DNA of 64,000 bases from Blepharisma stoltei ATCC 30299 (Eukaryota > Protista > Ciliophora). The translations under genes and the position numbers were made by a program. Below the pieces are notes generated by a model. The model worked only from the letters and a program-made list of their open reading frames with translations, was not told where the DNA came from and ran no database searches. Below are positions 36,444 to 48,575 of the stretch, piece by piece (position 1 is the stretch's first letter; each line of letters starts with the position of its first letter). The DNA is taken from positions 186,001 to 250,000 of the forward strand of contig CBFDEM010000033.1 in assembly GCA_965603825.1 (NCBI GenBank). The letters run 5' to 3'.

Positions 36444-36866
36444 ATGATAAATGATAGTAAAGCCATGTCTGAAGAAGAGGAAGATACAGAAGTAAAAATT
36501 TATTGGGGAGATTGCAATGATTATACATTAGAACAATGAATGGAGTATAGAAAGAAAATCTATCAATACGTAGGTGATAGCTATAAACCAGCTGCAACTG
36601 AAGTAGCAGAAAAGCCTTGGCTTATCCCAGGAGCTAACATTTCTGATTGGTTTAATTTTGGATTTGATGAAGAAAGCTGAAATGAGTTTTTATTAAATCA
36701 AATAGCTTTACGGCAAGCCAAAATCCTTGAAAAAGAAAAACAAATGCAGGAAGCCGTTGCCAAAAGAAAAGAACGACGATCTTCATCCACAGAAAAAGCA
36801 GAAAGAAAGCATCATGAAAAATCTAAACACAAAAAACACAACGATTTCAAAAAAAGCAGAAGATAA
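36444..36866 (+). CDS. FIP1: Fip1 pre-mRNA 3'-processing factor, minimal (~140 aa); absent from the ORF track
   Basis: EKPWLIPGANISDWFNFGFDEES-W (TGA 36678) is the Fip1 motif. Second TGA at 36537. Start is 36444 or 36465. Confidence 0.88.
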
Positions 36867-36884
36867 TTAATCATAACTATTTTG

Positions 36885-39800
36885 TTAACTTTTATTAGGT
36901 AAAACTTGTAAAATGTCCATAATGTTGGTTCCAATCCTTGCAGGCTTACCCAAAACTATGCATGATGCCGGGGATGCCCCTGTGTCAATTTCTCTTGTTG
37001 CAGCAGATTCTGATAAAAATCCCATTGTGGTTTCAAAGCTCATCCTCAATAAAGGGCTTGGGTTTTCTCCCATTCCAAGTCTATTAAATGGCCGATATCC
37101 TCCATTATAAGTCATATAGTCAGCGATGAGGTTTAGATGGCGCTTATCAACCGCAATTCCATAATGCGAGAAAATTCCATTGATTTCCATGGTAATTGTT
37201 TTCGCAGCAGCTTCAACGCCATATGTCTTTAGCATGGCATAAACATCATTTGTTTTTATTTTATTCAAATTTATTTTGTCATCATAGTTCCATATTTCTC
37301 TGAAGTTTATTCCTTCAGTGTTGATTAGAACGCCTCCACTTTTATCTTCAATGACGTGGCAGTTGCCTATTCCTTCCACTTCTCTTACATAGGTGATTTC
37401 AAGCTGCTTTTCGACTTCGTTTAGTAGTAATATATTGCTTCTCAAAGGTACTTCAAAAGTGAGGATTATGCAATTTTTGCTTTCGCTTGCTCGGCATTTT
37501 GTAAGCCACTTCCATCTTTTTTCTTCAGCGTCTGAAACCTCTTCTTCTACTTTTTTCTTTCCTGGCTTTTTTTTATCAGTTTTTTTAGCTTCAATATCCA
37601 TGTTATCTTTGTCTTCTTCATCAAAATCGTCATCATAAGTTCTTATTTCCTGCTTCTGGTTTTTCACTTTTGCTGCTAAATGTCCTTCATCTTCACCAAT
37701 TTCATCTTCACTGCCTTTCCTTTTCTGTTTAGGAATTTCAGGAACTTCTTCATCACGTTTAGAAATTTCTTCCTTTTCTTGGAACATAATTTCAGATTTC
37801 GCATCTGATTTTCTGATTTTTCCAGCAATGGCTGCATCTAAGTTATAAGAAAGAATGTTCTCGACCTTTTTAGAAATTGTCCGCCATGATATCCCAAGCT
37901 CTTCTTTTATAGTTTCTTTTGGCTCAAGGAAAATTTTAACGTCATAAATTCTCTTGTTGAGATTTGGGAGAATTTTTTCATGGATCTTTATCTGGGTTAG
38001 GAGGTCTTTAAAATTTATTCTTTGGAGCTTATTTTTCAGCTGATGAGCTTTCTCAATACCTTGGAGGAATGGCAGCGTCATAGTTGGAGTTTTTATATTT
38101 GCTGAAGCAGTCATTAAGATTTCTCTCAGACGGGGAATACCCAAAGTAACGTTAGCACCTCCGTGACCAGCAAGATGGAAAGTGTTGAGTGTCAGCTGGG
38201 TTGAAGGCTCTCCAATAGACTGTGATGCAATGATTCCAACACATTCACCAGGTTCTACAATGCTTCTCATATATTTTAAGGATAATAACGATGAAAACTT
38301 AGTTCTTGATATTCTTTTCACTGTAGGATTGCTTTTTCTTAATGTTTTTTTATCCTCTAAAAATTGATCATATAGTTCAAACATCTTATTTGGTAGTGCT
38401 CCTGGAGTAACTGGGCTATATGTGTGCAATGCAGTCAGAAATGGGCTCGAGAAATCTTCATTTTTGATATCTTTAAATCTGCTTAAGTCCAATTTTTCTT
38501 TTGCTTCATCATATTTATATTTCCGAAGTAAAGCTTCAGCATTGGAGTTCAAAAATTCAAAATTTTGAACATATTTGTTTTTGGTTGGATCTATACAATC
38601 TTCTCCATATAAAAATTGGACAATTGAACTGTCACTATCCCTTACTGAGTAGTCGTATCCTACTATGAGACCTTCTAGCCCTTTAATCAAGCATCTTTGC
38701 AGATATCCACTTCTGGATGTTTTGACTGCAGTATCAACCAGTCCTTCTCTGCCAGCCATGCAATGAAAATAATATTCTTGAGGCTTAATCCCTGTGAGGA
38801 ACCTATCAAAAATAAACCCTCCAGCTCTTGGATTAGGATCATATGGAGCAAAACTTGGTAGGGATCTTCCTACAATTGTCAGAGGGACCCTTCTCCCTTC
38901 AAGTTCTTGCTGCCCAAGCATAAAAGAGCATTGATTATGGTTAACCATGCTTCCTTTGGCACCAGTTGTAACCATAGTAGAAAAACAATTTTTCGGGAAT
39001 TTTTTCACAAGTCCATCAGGAAGAGATCTTGATTGCGTTTTTGAAGCGGAATTGTTTAATAGAGAAATCATTCTGATATCGAGATCTCGAGGATTATTTG
39101 GAGACGCTAGCATATAAGTTTCCAATTCTCTAAGAAGCTTCTCATGAGTTTTAAACTCTTCTTCATCTGGGCTTGGGGGAGCAAGTCCTCTAAGTGTGTA
39201 GGCATATTTAATAGTTTCTTGCTGAATAGACGCAATCCATTTATCTCTATCTTTGTTAGTTGTAGGTGTTAAGAATAAATCATCCATATTACAAGTAAAC
39301 CCAACCATTTGTAAATATTGAGTCAGCACTTTTCCTAAAGAAGTAAGCAGCTGAGATGCCATTGATTCTCCATAAAGTTCATGATACGCATGAACCATTC
39401 CAAACTCCGTGCTTCCAATATGATTTTTATCAATAACTCCTGTACATATGTACCCTTGTCTAATAATCAATCTTTCTTCTTCAAATCCTCTCGAACCCCA
39501 AAGTTTTCCAGGCACTTTACATTTTTCATCCAAATTCAGCTGAGATTTTCCCTGTACTAAAGCTTGGATGATGGTCGAAATCACTTGTTTTCCAGACCAC
39601 ATCATTCTAGGCTTAATAATGCAAGGAGGAATCTGAAATGAAATATTCAGATTTGAAGTAGCACAATACACAAGCTGCAAATATTCGTCTCTTTCTAATA
39701 GTGTGTCCCTTGATGTCATTAAAACTCCACTGTCAACGTGATCCTGAATAAGCCCTCTGAGAGGTTTTCCACTTGTTGGGGCTGTATATTGATAATCAGT

Positions 39801-41495
39801 TGAAGCAATATTTTTGGCTTCTGATCTTGCAACGTGGGATTGAGGGAAATGCAAATTGATTTCGTCGCCATCAAAATCAGCATTATAAGTATTGCAGTTG
39901 GAATAATGCATTCTGATTGTGTTTTGCTGAGGGAGAACTCTTGCTCTGTGAGCCATCATGCCTGGTTTGTGTAAAGTAGGCTGCCTATTTACAATCAGCA
40001 TGTCTCCGTTGTGTAAGTGCCTGTATACGATTTTGCCGGGGCCTCCAGTTAAAAGAGTTCTTGCAATTGCCTTTAACTGTTTTTGGTCGAACTTGTCAAG
40101 AACCATTTTTCTGCCTTCTCTGTCCTCAATCATATTAGCTCCCGGATGCACATGTGGGCCATTTTCCACAAGTTTTCGTAAAAAGTCAACATTCTCTTCT
40201 CTGACGAATTCTGGAAAAGTCAATTTTTTAGCGAAAACTACAGGGATCCCGATTTCATTAGTATCAATATAAGGATCTGGAGAAATCACACTTCTAGCTG
40301 CATAGTTTACTCTTTTTCCCATCATTTTCATCCTAAATAATCCTTCTTTTTTTTCTATAAGCTGTCTTAGCCCTGCTAAATCTTTGTCTTGATGCCTTGT
40401 CGATATAGAAGAATCCATAAAAATATTGACAGTATTCTGTAGCTCTGTCCACGAATTGATGATTTCTTCCTCTTTTCGAGTTGCCTGAGCTTGAATTAGC
40501 TTTTCATTTACTAAATAAATTTTTTGTAAAGCCACTGTTTGTACATGCAAATAGGAATCACTTTCAGCGATCTGACTTTCAGGTCGAAATCTATTTGGAG
40601 GCACAAGCAGCACATCTTGAAACATTTGGTCAATTATTTGGCTGTTAAAAAATAAAGTCAATAAGTCTTTATCATGAATTCGCATCAGTCTGAGCTCCTC
40701 TCTCACTTGCCATGCACACAACAGGGTCGCTGTTGTTTCTATTTTTTCTTTTTTATTGCTCTTCAAGTTTTGTCCCCTCTGGTCTCTACATAAATTTTAC
40801 TTTTCTTTCAAAGGATGCCTGAATATCTTTGTGTGTCCTTCTTTTGTGATTTTTAGCTGCTTTGCATTACAATGTGGGCATATATTTGCCACCACATTTT
40901 TCCAGACTTTTCCGCTTAACTCGCCTTTTAGCTTTGCATAGGTTGAAGTTCTCAGTTTTTCTCCCATTGTGACTGCAACTTTTAAGTCATTTTCATAGTC
41001 TCTTTTTTTCTCAATAAGTGCCGATCTCAGATGTCTGAATTCTTGAATGCTTTTGTCCCTAACGATTTTTTCTGACAATTTCTCGTCAACTTCTATTGAG
41101 TCTTTGAGTCTGCCTTTGTTAAGGAGCATGAACTTGTATATGAGATGGATTGATTTATTGTGTGGAATTCGGAGCCTGTGGCAAGATGAGCACTTGGACT
41201 TCATCAATTTATAAGCGATTTCGAAGAGAAATGGGTTGTAGATGGGCGCAGCAAGCTCGATATGTCCGATGTGTCCTTGGCATCCACTTGCTTCCCAGCC
41301 ACAGGTTTGACATTGAATATTGGAATGGGGTGAGACGCCCATAGCTTGGTCATAAAGACCACCTTTTAGAGGGACTTTTTTTTCGTCATATGCCAAACTT
41401 TCTGTGATTTGGTGATGGCTGAGTGCTCTTGCTTCTTCTGAGGTATAAAAGGAAAACTGTACCTTATCTAATTTAGAAGGAACTGTGTTATCCAT
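36885..41495 (-). CDS. RPA1: RNA polymerase I largest subunit (1531 aa), one intron
   Basis: Zn site C..C...C.GHIGHIEL; KKEGLFRMKMMGKRVNYAARSVISPDP; YNADFDGDE; TQLTLNTFHLAGHG..NVTLGIPRL. Intron 40786-40800 joins the two ORFs. Confidence 0.97.
40786..40800 (-). other. 15-nt intron GTAAAATTTATGTAG
   Basis: Removes an in-frame TAA inside an essential gene. Confidence 0.93.
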
Positions 41496-41629
41496 TTTCT
41501 TATAATTTACTTATTAGGCATCATAAAAGATCATAGAAAGCAAAACAATCTTATTATCAAAAATTAATGAAATTTGTTATAATTATTTTAAACAGTCAAG
41601 TTCAATTCAAAATAATTTCCATATTTATA

Positions 41630-42862
41630 ATGTCTGAAAGATCACGGACTCCTTCCCCGAATCAAACGAGAAATTTAGAACGTGGAGTGTTTTCTTCACT
41701 CTCTACATTAACATTTATTAAAAGCTTGGCCGATGAGAGAAAACCTCAATCAGTGTCAACTACACAAATCAGGACTAACGGAACTACAAAACCTAAGTCA
41801 CCAATAAGGAATCGTCCAAATACGTCTCCAAGCGCTGCTAAAATTCAGCGTGTGGAACGATCAAGAACTCCTGATGACGGCCGGCATTCACCTTTAAGAG
41901 TTCAAAATGGAAGGACCAGGGAAGATCTTAAACCTAAAGAAGACGATTCTTCTAAGCTTCAAGATGTTATCAAAAAACTAACGGCACAGTTAGTTAAAGA
42001 AAAGAAAGAAAATGGCAAACTTGAAGCTGAATTAAGAGACTTAAAACAAAGCAAAAAGAATGAGTTCGCCCAAACTCAAATGAACTTAGAAAAACTGCAG
42101 AAAACAGTGACAACGCTTAAAGGAAGCCAAAAAGCATTGACAGCAGAAAGAGAAAGGCTTACGAAAGAGCTAGAAAAGTCGAAAGATGTGATTGAGATCA
42201 CGAACTCACAAATAAAAAGCTTAGCTGATGCACTTGTGGTGATTTTAGGGTCAATAATGTCTCAAACAGTAACAACTGAAGATGAAGATGAGGAGGAAAA
42301 GCTGAAAATTGCTGAACAAATACAGAAAATAATTAGTGAAAAGCTCAGTGCAGTTATGACTTTGACAAGTGTTGATTTGAATCAGCAGCTTCAAGAAGTA
42401 AAAGGGTGGACTAAAGTCAATAACATGCCAAGACAGATCACAAAGGAGCATATTTATACCTCTGATGTTGGAAGTTTTAGGTACTTGCAAGAAGAGGAGC
42501 CTGCCCCGATTTCTTATACTGTGGAATATTTTGAAGATTCGCCTGAAAAAAATAGTTCACAAGGATTTTCCCTTCCTTTTAAGTCTTTGAAAGTGCTTGA
42601 ACCTGAAGAAGACGTTGTGCAGCATCCTGTGAGCTTGTCTGAAAGAATTATTAATAAAATAAGAGGCGAAGAAGTTAGCTTTAACACAGAAAAAGAATGT
42701 GCAAGAGCGCTTTATGATTTTGATGGGGAAAGAGATGGTGATTTATCGTTTTCGAGAGGTGATATCATAGAAGTGCTGCAAAAAACCGAAAGCGGATGGT
42801 GGACAGGGAAATTGGGCTCTCAAGTGGGATCGTTTCCTTATAATTTCGTCCAGCAGATATAG
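41630..42862 (+). CDS. coiled-coil protein with C-terminal SH3 domain
   Basis: ARALYDF...DLSF..GD.I......GWW.G.....G.FP.NFV. Start taken at MSERS. Confidence 0.9.
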   Translation: MSERSRTPSPNQTRNLERGVFSSLSTLTFIKSLADERKPQSVSTTQIRTNGTTKPKSPIRNRPNTSPSAAKIQRVERSRTPDDGRHSPLRVQNGRTREDLKPKEDDSSKLQDVIKKLTAQLVKEKKENGKLEAELRDLKQSKKNEFAQTQMNLEKLQKTVTTLKGSQKALTAERERLTKELEKSKDVIEITNSQIKSLADALVVILGSIMSQTVTTEDEDEEEKLKIAEQIQKIISEKLSAVMTLTSVDLNQQLQEVKGWTKVNNMPRQITKEHIYTSDVGSFRYLQEEEPAPISYTVEYFEDSPEKNSSQGFSLPFKSLKVLEPEEDVVQHPVSLSERIINKIRGEEVSFNTEKECARALYDFDGERDGDLSFSRGDIIEVLQKTESGWWTGKLGSQVGSFPYNFVQQI

Positions 42863-43133
42863 TTTGGGGTTTATGAGAACTGTGAGTAATAGTTTAAAAG
42901 ATTTGAATTCTTTATTATATAAAATCCGTTAGTTTTAAATGGTGAGTTTATTATTAAATTAATGAGATCACCAATTTCATTTATATAGATAATACAGATA
43001 AACACTATTTAAAGCAATAAAAAACTGCAAATGATAATTATAATATACTTCACAATTGAGACTAAACAGAATTACTATAAAAACTTATTATCGCGCTGAG
43101 ATAGGAATTTAAAATTATCCTAATATTTTCTAT

Positions 43134-44063
43134 TTAATTTCCTCTCGATTCCCCTCTAAAGTCTTCTCTTCGATCTCCCCTATAGCCTCTATATTCTCCT
43201 CTCCTTCCTCCTCTATACTCACCTCGGTGTTCACCCCTATATTCTCTATCTCCTCGATACTCCCTCTGCTCTCCTCGATATTCCCTCTGTTCTCCTCTAT
43301 ATTCTCTATGCTCCCCTCTATACTCTCTGTGCTCCCCTCTATATCCTCCCCTATATCCTCTTCCATCACCTCTATCATTCCTATATCCTCTTCTCCCTCT
43401 CCTTCCTCCTCTTATATATCTTTTTAAATCCCTTTCTCCCATTTCTACGTATTCCTCCCCAAAGGTCTCTGCATCTAGCTCTTTTTGTTTTTCCCTATCA
43501 GGCCTACTTTCTGGATTTTCCCCAGATTTGCACGAAATATTATCAAAAAAGCTCGATTTTTTGTCGTAGCATTTTCCTTTGGTTTCTGCCTTTTGGTTTC
43601 TGTCAATAGCTGCTGTTTGGAAGTCAAAATCTTCTTTGAGCTCTTCTTTTAAATCTTCATTTGTGTTCCCATGCAATTCTCCATAAGCTTCTTGACGATT
43701 GTTCCTTGGGACGTAATTTTGGTGCTCTCTCTGTTGAGGAATGCTAGGCTTTTGGACTGGTTTTGGCTGGAATTCTTTAGTTGGCTCTGATTTTATTATG
43801 GCTGGGTCATTATTTGCAACAGTTGTCTGGATCACAGTGAGATCTTTTATGTCTGAGCCTCTGAAAATAATAAATTCGTAGACTTCAGCTGAGGGTGGGA
43901 TTTCTTTGCCATTTCCTCTTCGGCCTTCTGTGCCGAATGACTTGACGTTGGAGAGTGAGACTGTGTGCTCGTTTGGATCAATGGTGTGGAGGGTGCCTTC
44001 ATATCGAATATCAGACTTGGAAATTAAACTGATTTGGCTCCCAATATATGGAACTGAACTCAT
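43134..44063 (-). CDS. LSM14: LSM14/Scd6/RAP55 P-body protein
   Basis: [37 protein letters not shown]; DFDF, FFD and ETFG boxes; RG-rich tail. Confidence 0.95.
   Translation of the reverse strand: MSSVPYIGSQISLISKSDIRYEGTLHTIDPNEHTVSLSNVKSFGTEGRRGNGKEIPPSAEVYEFIIFRGSDIKDLTVIQTTVANNDPAIIKSEPTKEFQPKPVQKPSIPQQREHQNYVPRNNRQEAYGELHGNTNEDLKEELKEDFDFQTAAIDRNQKAETKGKCYDKKSSFFDNISCKSGENPESRPDREKQKELDAETFGEEYVEMGERDLKRYIRGGRRGRRGYRNDRGDGRGYRGGYRGEHREYRGEHREYRGEQREYRGEQREYRGDREYRGEHRGEYRGGRRGEYRGYRGDRREDFRGESRGN
43190..43350 (-). repeat. coding minisatellite, ~21-nt unit encoding EYRGE(H/Q)R
   Basis: Translation [40 protein letters not shown]. Boundaries approximate. Confidence 0.8.
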
Positions 44064-44172
44064 ATTATTAAAATACAACTAAGACGTGCCATGTTTATTG
44101 AGTGAACCTTTTGTATTAATGCTAAAACAAAGAAAATTAATGAGTTTTTTGGTATTATTTAAAAAATAAACA

Positions 44173-45354
44173 TTAGCCATAAAATCTTTGAATGAGTCTA
44201 TTAATTGTATCAACCCACACTTCAGGTTCTTCGTCTTCAAATAAATATTGCTTTTCAGGGGTAAAAATCACAAATTTCTTTCTCCCATGCACCTCGCTTC
44301 TTACTTCTGAGCTGAGGTTGAGTTCTCCTCTTTTGAACTGCCCATTTGGCTCGTAATATGCGATTCTTGGTTCTTCTGTTATAACAAGTAGTCTTTTTCT
44401 GAAGATTCAGACACCTTTTTTCTTTACAATTCCACTTTTAATGACGTTGGTGCTATGCACAATTGGAGGAGTAATGACTTCTTGTATTGTGGGGCATGAT
44501 AAAGAATATACATTATCAATATCAATCCCATTGAAGAATTCATGCGATTTCAATTCATTTATATCGTTATATCCTAATCTGCTCTCAGGCTGAATTTGAA
44601 GAATCCTTCCAATCAAGTCAATAGCTTGAGGAGTCATATGGCTAGGAAATTGCACGACTCCTGACCTTATTCTTTCAAATGTTAAAAATTGATTTTCAGC
44701 TGCAAATGGTGGCCTTCCTGCAAACATTTGAAAAACTATGCATGCAAATGCCCACAAATCAGCTGCGTACGATACAGGTCCTTCATCAAGCATCTCAGGA
44801 GAAACATAATCAGCTGTGCCTACAAAAGTGTTGCTTCTTCCTCTTGCGTCATCGTCATAAATTTTCGCGCTTCCAAAGTCAGTTAGCCTGATATGATGAT
44901 CAGATGAAATAAGAATATTCTGAGGTTTTATATCCCTGTGAATGATATTTTTTGTCCTCATAAATTCCAGAATATTCACAAGTTCTGCAGCATAAAACCT
45001 TGCCAGCTCATAAGGAAATGACTGAGCATACCTTTCTATGCATTGGTTTAAGTCTCCATTTGGGCAATACTCCATAACAAAATACAGGTAATCTTTGTCA
45101 TGAAAAGTATAGTGCAGCTTAACTACGCCCGGGTGAAGTCTGCTTTTGGTGAGCATGTCTTTTTCTCTCATTGCTTGTTCTGTTTTGCCTTCTTTTTTCA
45201 GGTGGATTTTTTCAACAGTTTTTATTGCATATTCTTTGTTTGAGTCCTTTTTTCTTACGTGCTCAACTAAACCAAATGCGCCGTGACCGAGAGTTCCGAT
45301 AGTTTCGAAGTCGTCTCGAGTGGTTTTTGGTTTTGGTTGAGGAGTTGGGTCCAT
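44173..45354 (-). CDS. PDPK1: 3-phosphoinositide-dependent kinase 1-like (AGC kinase plus PH domain, 393 aa)
   Basis: HRDIKPQN, TDFGSAK, RSNTFVGTADYVSPE, GRPPF, RLG. TGA 44407 read-through adds a PH domain (W-IFRKRLLVITEEPRIAYY...WVDTIN). Confidence 0.9.
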
Positions 45355-45788
45355 TTTATTGTTATAAATGGATCAGAGTAAACTAAAGAATACTAATGAT
45401 TTTTTGCTTAGTTATTTTTAGAACGAAGTATGTTTGGAAGCACTTTATTTATTTTATCACACTACAATATTGGCTGCACATAAGTGTTGCAGTAAGTTGG
45501 CCACTTATATTTAGAAGAATCATTCCTTGCTGATTAAAAACTTACCTATGAGAAGGAAAGCCTATTGGAATAATTAAAAATAATATAAATTGGTTAAAAT
45601 GCTTAACTAATTATTAGCAACTAAAAAGTGGCGTATCTTTATAAATTAAGCTATTAATGGCTACATTCACAATATTTATCAACTTATAAGTCTTTCAATA
45701 CTTATCAAACAATATCTCTCCAATAGTAGCTGCTGAGCTTATAACATATTTACTATAATCCTTATTTTTCATTATAATTATTACTGGA

Positions 45789-46418
45789 ATGGCAGGCACT
45801 CCTATTTTCATCGGTGTCTGCGGAGGCACAGCTTCAGGCAAGACTACCCTTTGCAATCGAATAAGTGAAGCATTAGGTGCAGAATGCACCGTTCTAGGCA
45901 TGGACCACTTCTACAAAGGACTTACAGAAGAAGAGCTTCCCTTAGTCCACGAATATAATTTCGATCACCCTAATTCCCTTGACTTTGACGAAATGTTTAT
46001 CGCCATACAAAAGCTTTTGAGAAGAGAAGATGCTGATATTCCAATCTATGATTTTAAAACACACAGCAGAAAACCTGAAAGGCAAATGATAAAGCATGCC
46101 AATTTAATTCTTTTTGAAGGAATCCTTGCATTTTATGACAAGAGATTGAGAGATCTCATGAAGCTAAAAATTTTTGTGCAGACTGATGATGATATTAGGC
46201 TCTGTAGAAGGTTGCTGAGAGATTCTACTGAAAGAGGAAGACATCCGGATGGGATTCTAAATCAATACTTTAAGTTTGTGAAGCCTTCTTATGATGAGTA
46301 CATAAGACCTACTATGAAGTATGCTGATATAATTGTTCCACACGGGGCGCATAATGACGTAGCAATTGAATTTGTTGTTATGAACCTTAAAAATTACCTT
46401 GGGATGCCTTTAAACTAG
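45789..46418 (+). CDS. uridine(-cytidine) kinase
   Basis: GVCGGTASGKTT, D.FYK, YNFDHP, EGIL, RD..ERGR, VKP, ADIIVP. Confidence 0.95.
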   Translation: MAGTPIFIGVCGGTASGKTTLCNRISEALGAECTVLGMDHFYKGLTEEELPLVHEYNFDHPNSLDFDEMFIAIQKLLRREDADIPIYDFKTHSRKPERQMIKHANLILFEGILAFYDKRLRDLMKLKIFVQTDDDIRLCRRLLRDSTERGRHPDGILNQYFKFVKPSYDEYIRPTMKYADIIVPHGAHNDVAIEFVVMNLKNYLGMPLN

Positions 46419-46579
46419 ATTAAAATTGTTGAGGTTTAATTCTGCTTGAAAAAACAAAAAAACATATGGAAATCGTGTAAATGAAGTCATAAAATAATAT
46501 TTTAACTTAAAACTTATGATTTGGCTATTCTGTGTCCCATTTTTGTCAAAAAGAGTCAGCATTTACGCTCCAAATAAAT

Positions 46580-47020
46580 ATGAACTTCAAGCAAAGTATC
46601 ATAATTAAAATCGATTTCCAAAATAAGCCACCCATGCAAATTGAAAATAATTGCAGTAAAGGCCTGGCCAAGAATAAAAAACTGTATGAAAATGAATTCA
46701 TGACAAAATATAAAACAGAGCTCTGTAAAAAGTGAATGGCAGGGTTCTGCGAATTCGGTGAAAAATGTGCCTTTGCTCATGGAAATGAGCAGCTTAGACA
46801 AATAAACTCCATTTCCGACTCATCCAAAATTAAAAAATGTGCAAAATTCTTCGAGCTTGGGTATTGCCTTTTACTCCATAAATGCCCTTTTAGGCATGAA
46901 AGATATCCACTAGACACCGAATCAAGCACTCCTACAGAAAGCCGTAGAACAAGTGAAGATTTTTCCTCGCTTCCTTCTCAATTTTTCGTAGATTGTGAAA
47001 GCAGAAATTCTTACTTTTAA
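46580..47020 (+). CDS. tandem CCCH zinc-finger RNA-binding protein (TIS11/ZFP36-like)
   Basis: KYKTELCKK-W(TGA 46733)-MAGFCEFGEKCAFAHG, then KCAKF...YC....CPFRH. Start uncertain (46580 or 46634). Confidence 0.88.
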
Positions 47021-47087
47021 CTAAATTAATTTTAATTATTTTCAATCTATAAAAACTTGGAATATGCAAAAAAACCTATTAAAATAA

Positions 47088-48554
47088 ATGCAACTATTAG
47101 ATGAACAAAAATATGATTTAACAATAGATTGAGTCTTTTTATTTGAACTTCTCTCAGACTCCACACGAGATCCATTGAATTTAAAAGTGCTTGATACTGT
47201 AGTATTTGACGTAATTGACCCATACCGGCCATTGACCTGAATTTTTACAAATTTAAAAGGAGAACTAATTAGCAAAAACATAAGAGATTTAATGGTTGAC
47301 GATGTGATTGTAGCTTTTATGGAAAGCATATATAAAAGCCAAGAACACTCGAAAAACGCAAAAATCGTTATAATAAATAAAGAAGGCAAGCGGAATTTCG
47401 TGGGAATGAATTCGCTGTCCAAAATATTGACCAATCACCCACAGGGTATTCATGCATTGCAGCTTTTCCAAATTCCAAATATAGAATTTGATAAATGTGT
47501 GTATTTGCATGAAATTTGGAACGAAAGAGGAGAGTATATGGAAAGGTATTTTAAAAAGCATATTTTAGATAAGAAGGACCAATGTGAAGTTTATAATAAT
47601 GAAGAAGGGATCCAAAAAATTAAAACTATGAGCAGAATTATTATTGAAAGAGTAGAAACAAGTCAATTGACTTTGAAAGGAATTTTTCTCTTGTATTATT
47701 TAGAAAAAGAAACGCTTAACCCTTGACTATGTGGGGCTGAAAATTGTAGCTTTGTCAGAAATCCTCTAAGAGCTATCAGTAGGAGTCGAAATAAAAGTGC
47801 AAACTGTTTATTGCACAAAAGACATAAAACAAAAGATGCAACTCCTGAAATTTTTCCGATAAAAAATATTTTTTCGAGATCCACAAGCAATTTAAAACAG
47901 AAAATTGATGTTGCCTTTCCTACACAAATCAAACATAAACTATTGATTGAGAACAATTTTCTAAGGCCAGTAGTTTCTCAGACAATCAAAAAGCGCGATG
48001 CAAGCCCCGATGCCTCCCCTTTTTCGCAGCAGCTAGACTTTAGTCAGCTTAGCTATTTTTCTAACGAAAAAGAAGAAGCAAAAATTATGAAAAAAAATAA
48101 ATCGTTCACTTATTTGCAGCCAAATAGCAATGCATTTTCCGAAGCCAAATTTGATGAAAAAATAGCGCAGAAATATAGTTATCAGCTTCATATACAGCCT
48201 CAGCATGGGAATTTGATAAAGCCACGGATAATGCATGAAGTGCCTTGTCCAGGAGAATTTTGTAATGACGAAGCGGCCAAACTTCCTCAGCATTTTTCTC
48301 CTTTATTCAAAAAATCCCAAAGGTTTTTGATACCTCAAAAATTTATCCCGAGTAACGAAGATAAAATTAGCTTTCAAAACGCCAAGCTAAGGTCTTTGCC
48401 TAACTTTAAGAGCTCACTTTCAGAAAACTCTATAGGAGATTCATTAAAGGAAGCATTTAGAACAAAAAAGCTTGGGAAGGCAGCCCAAAAAGAAGTTGCA
48501 GTCTGTCTAAACTGCTATCTAAAATATACAACTGGTAAATATAACAAATATTAG
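47088..48554 (+). CDS. uncharacterised protein (488 aa), paralogue of 10169..11581
   Basis: ATG 47088; TGAs 47130, 47238, 47724. LDTVVF...P..W.FTN.KG.LISK and C-terminal VCLNCY. Confidence 0.8.
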
Positions 48555-48575
48555 CTTAAAATTAAATATAAAAAA

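Noticed and set aside
43130-43378. Alternative-frame [13 protein letters not shown]...
   Set aside because: Frame-shifted shadow of the purine-rich LSM14 repeat.
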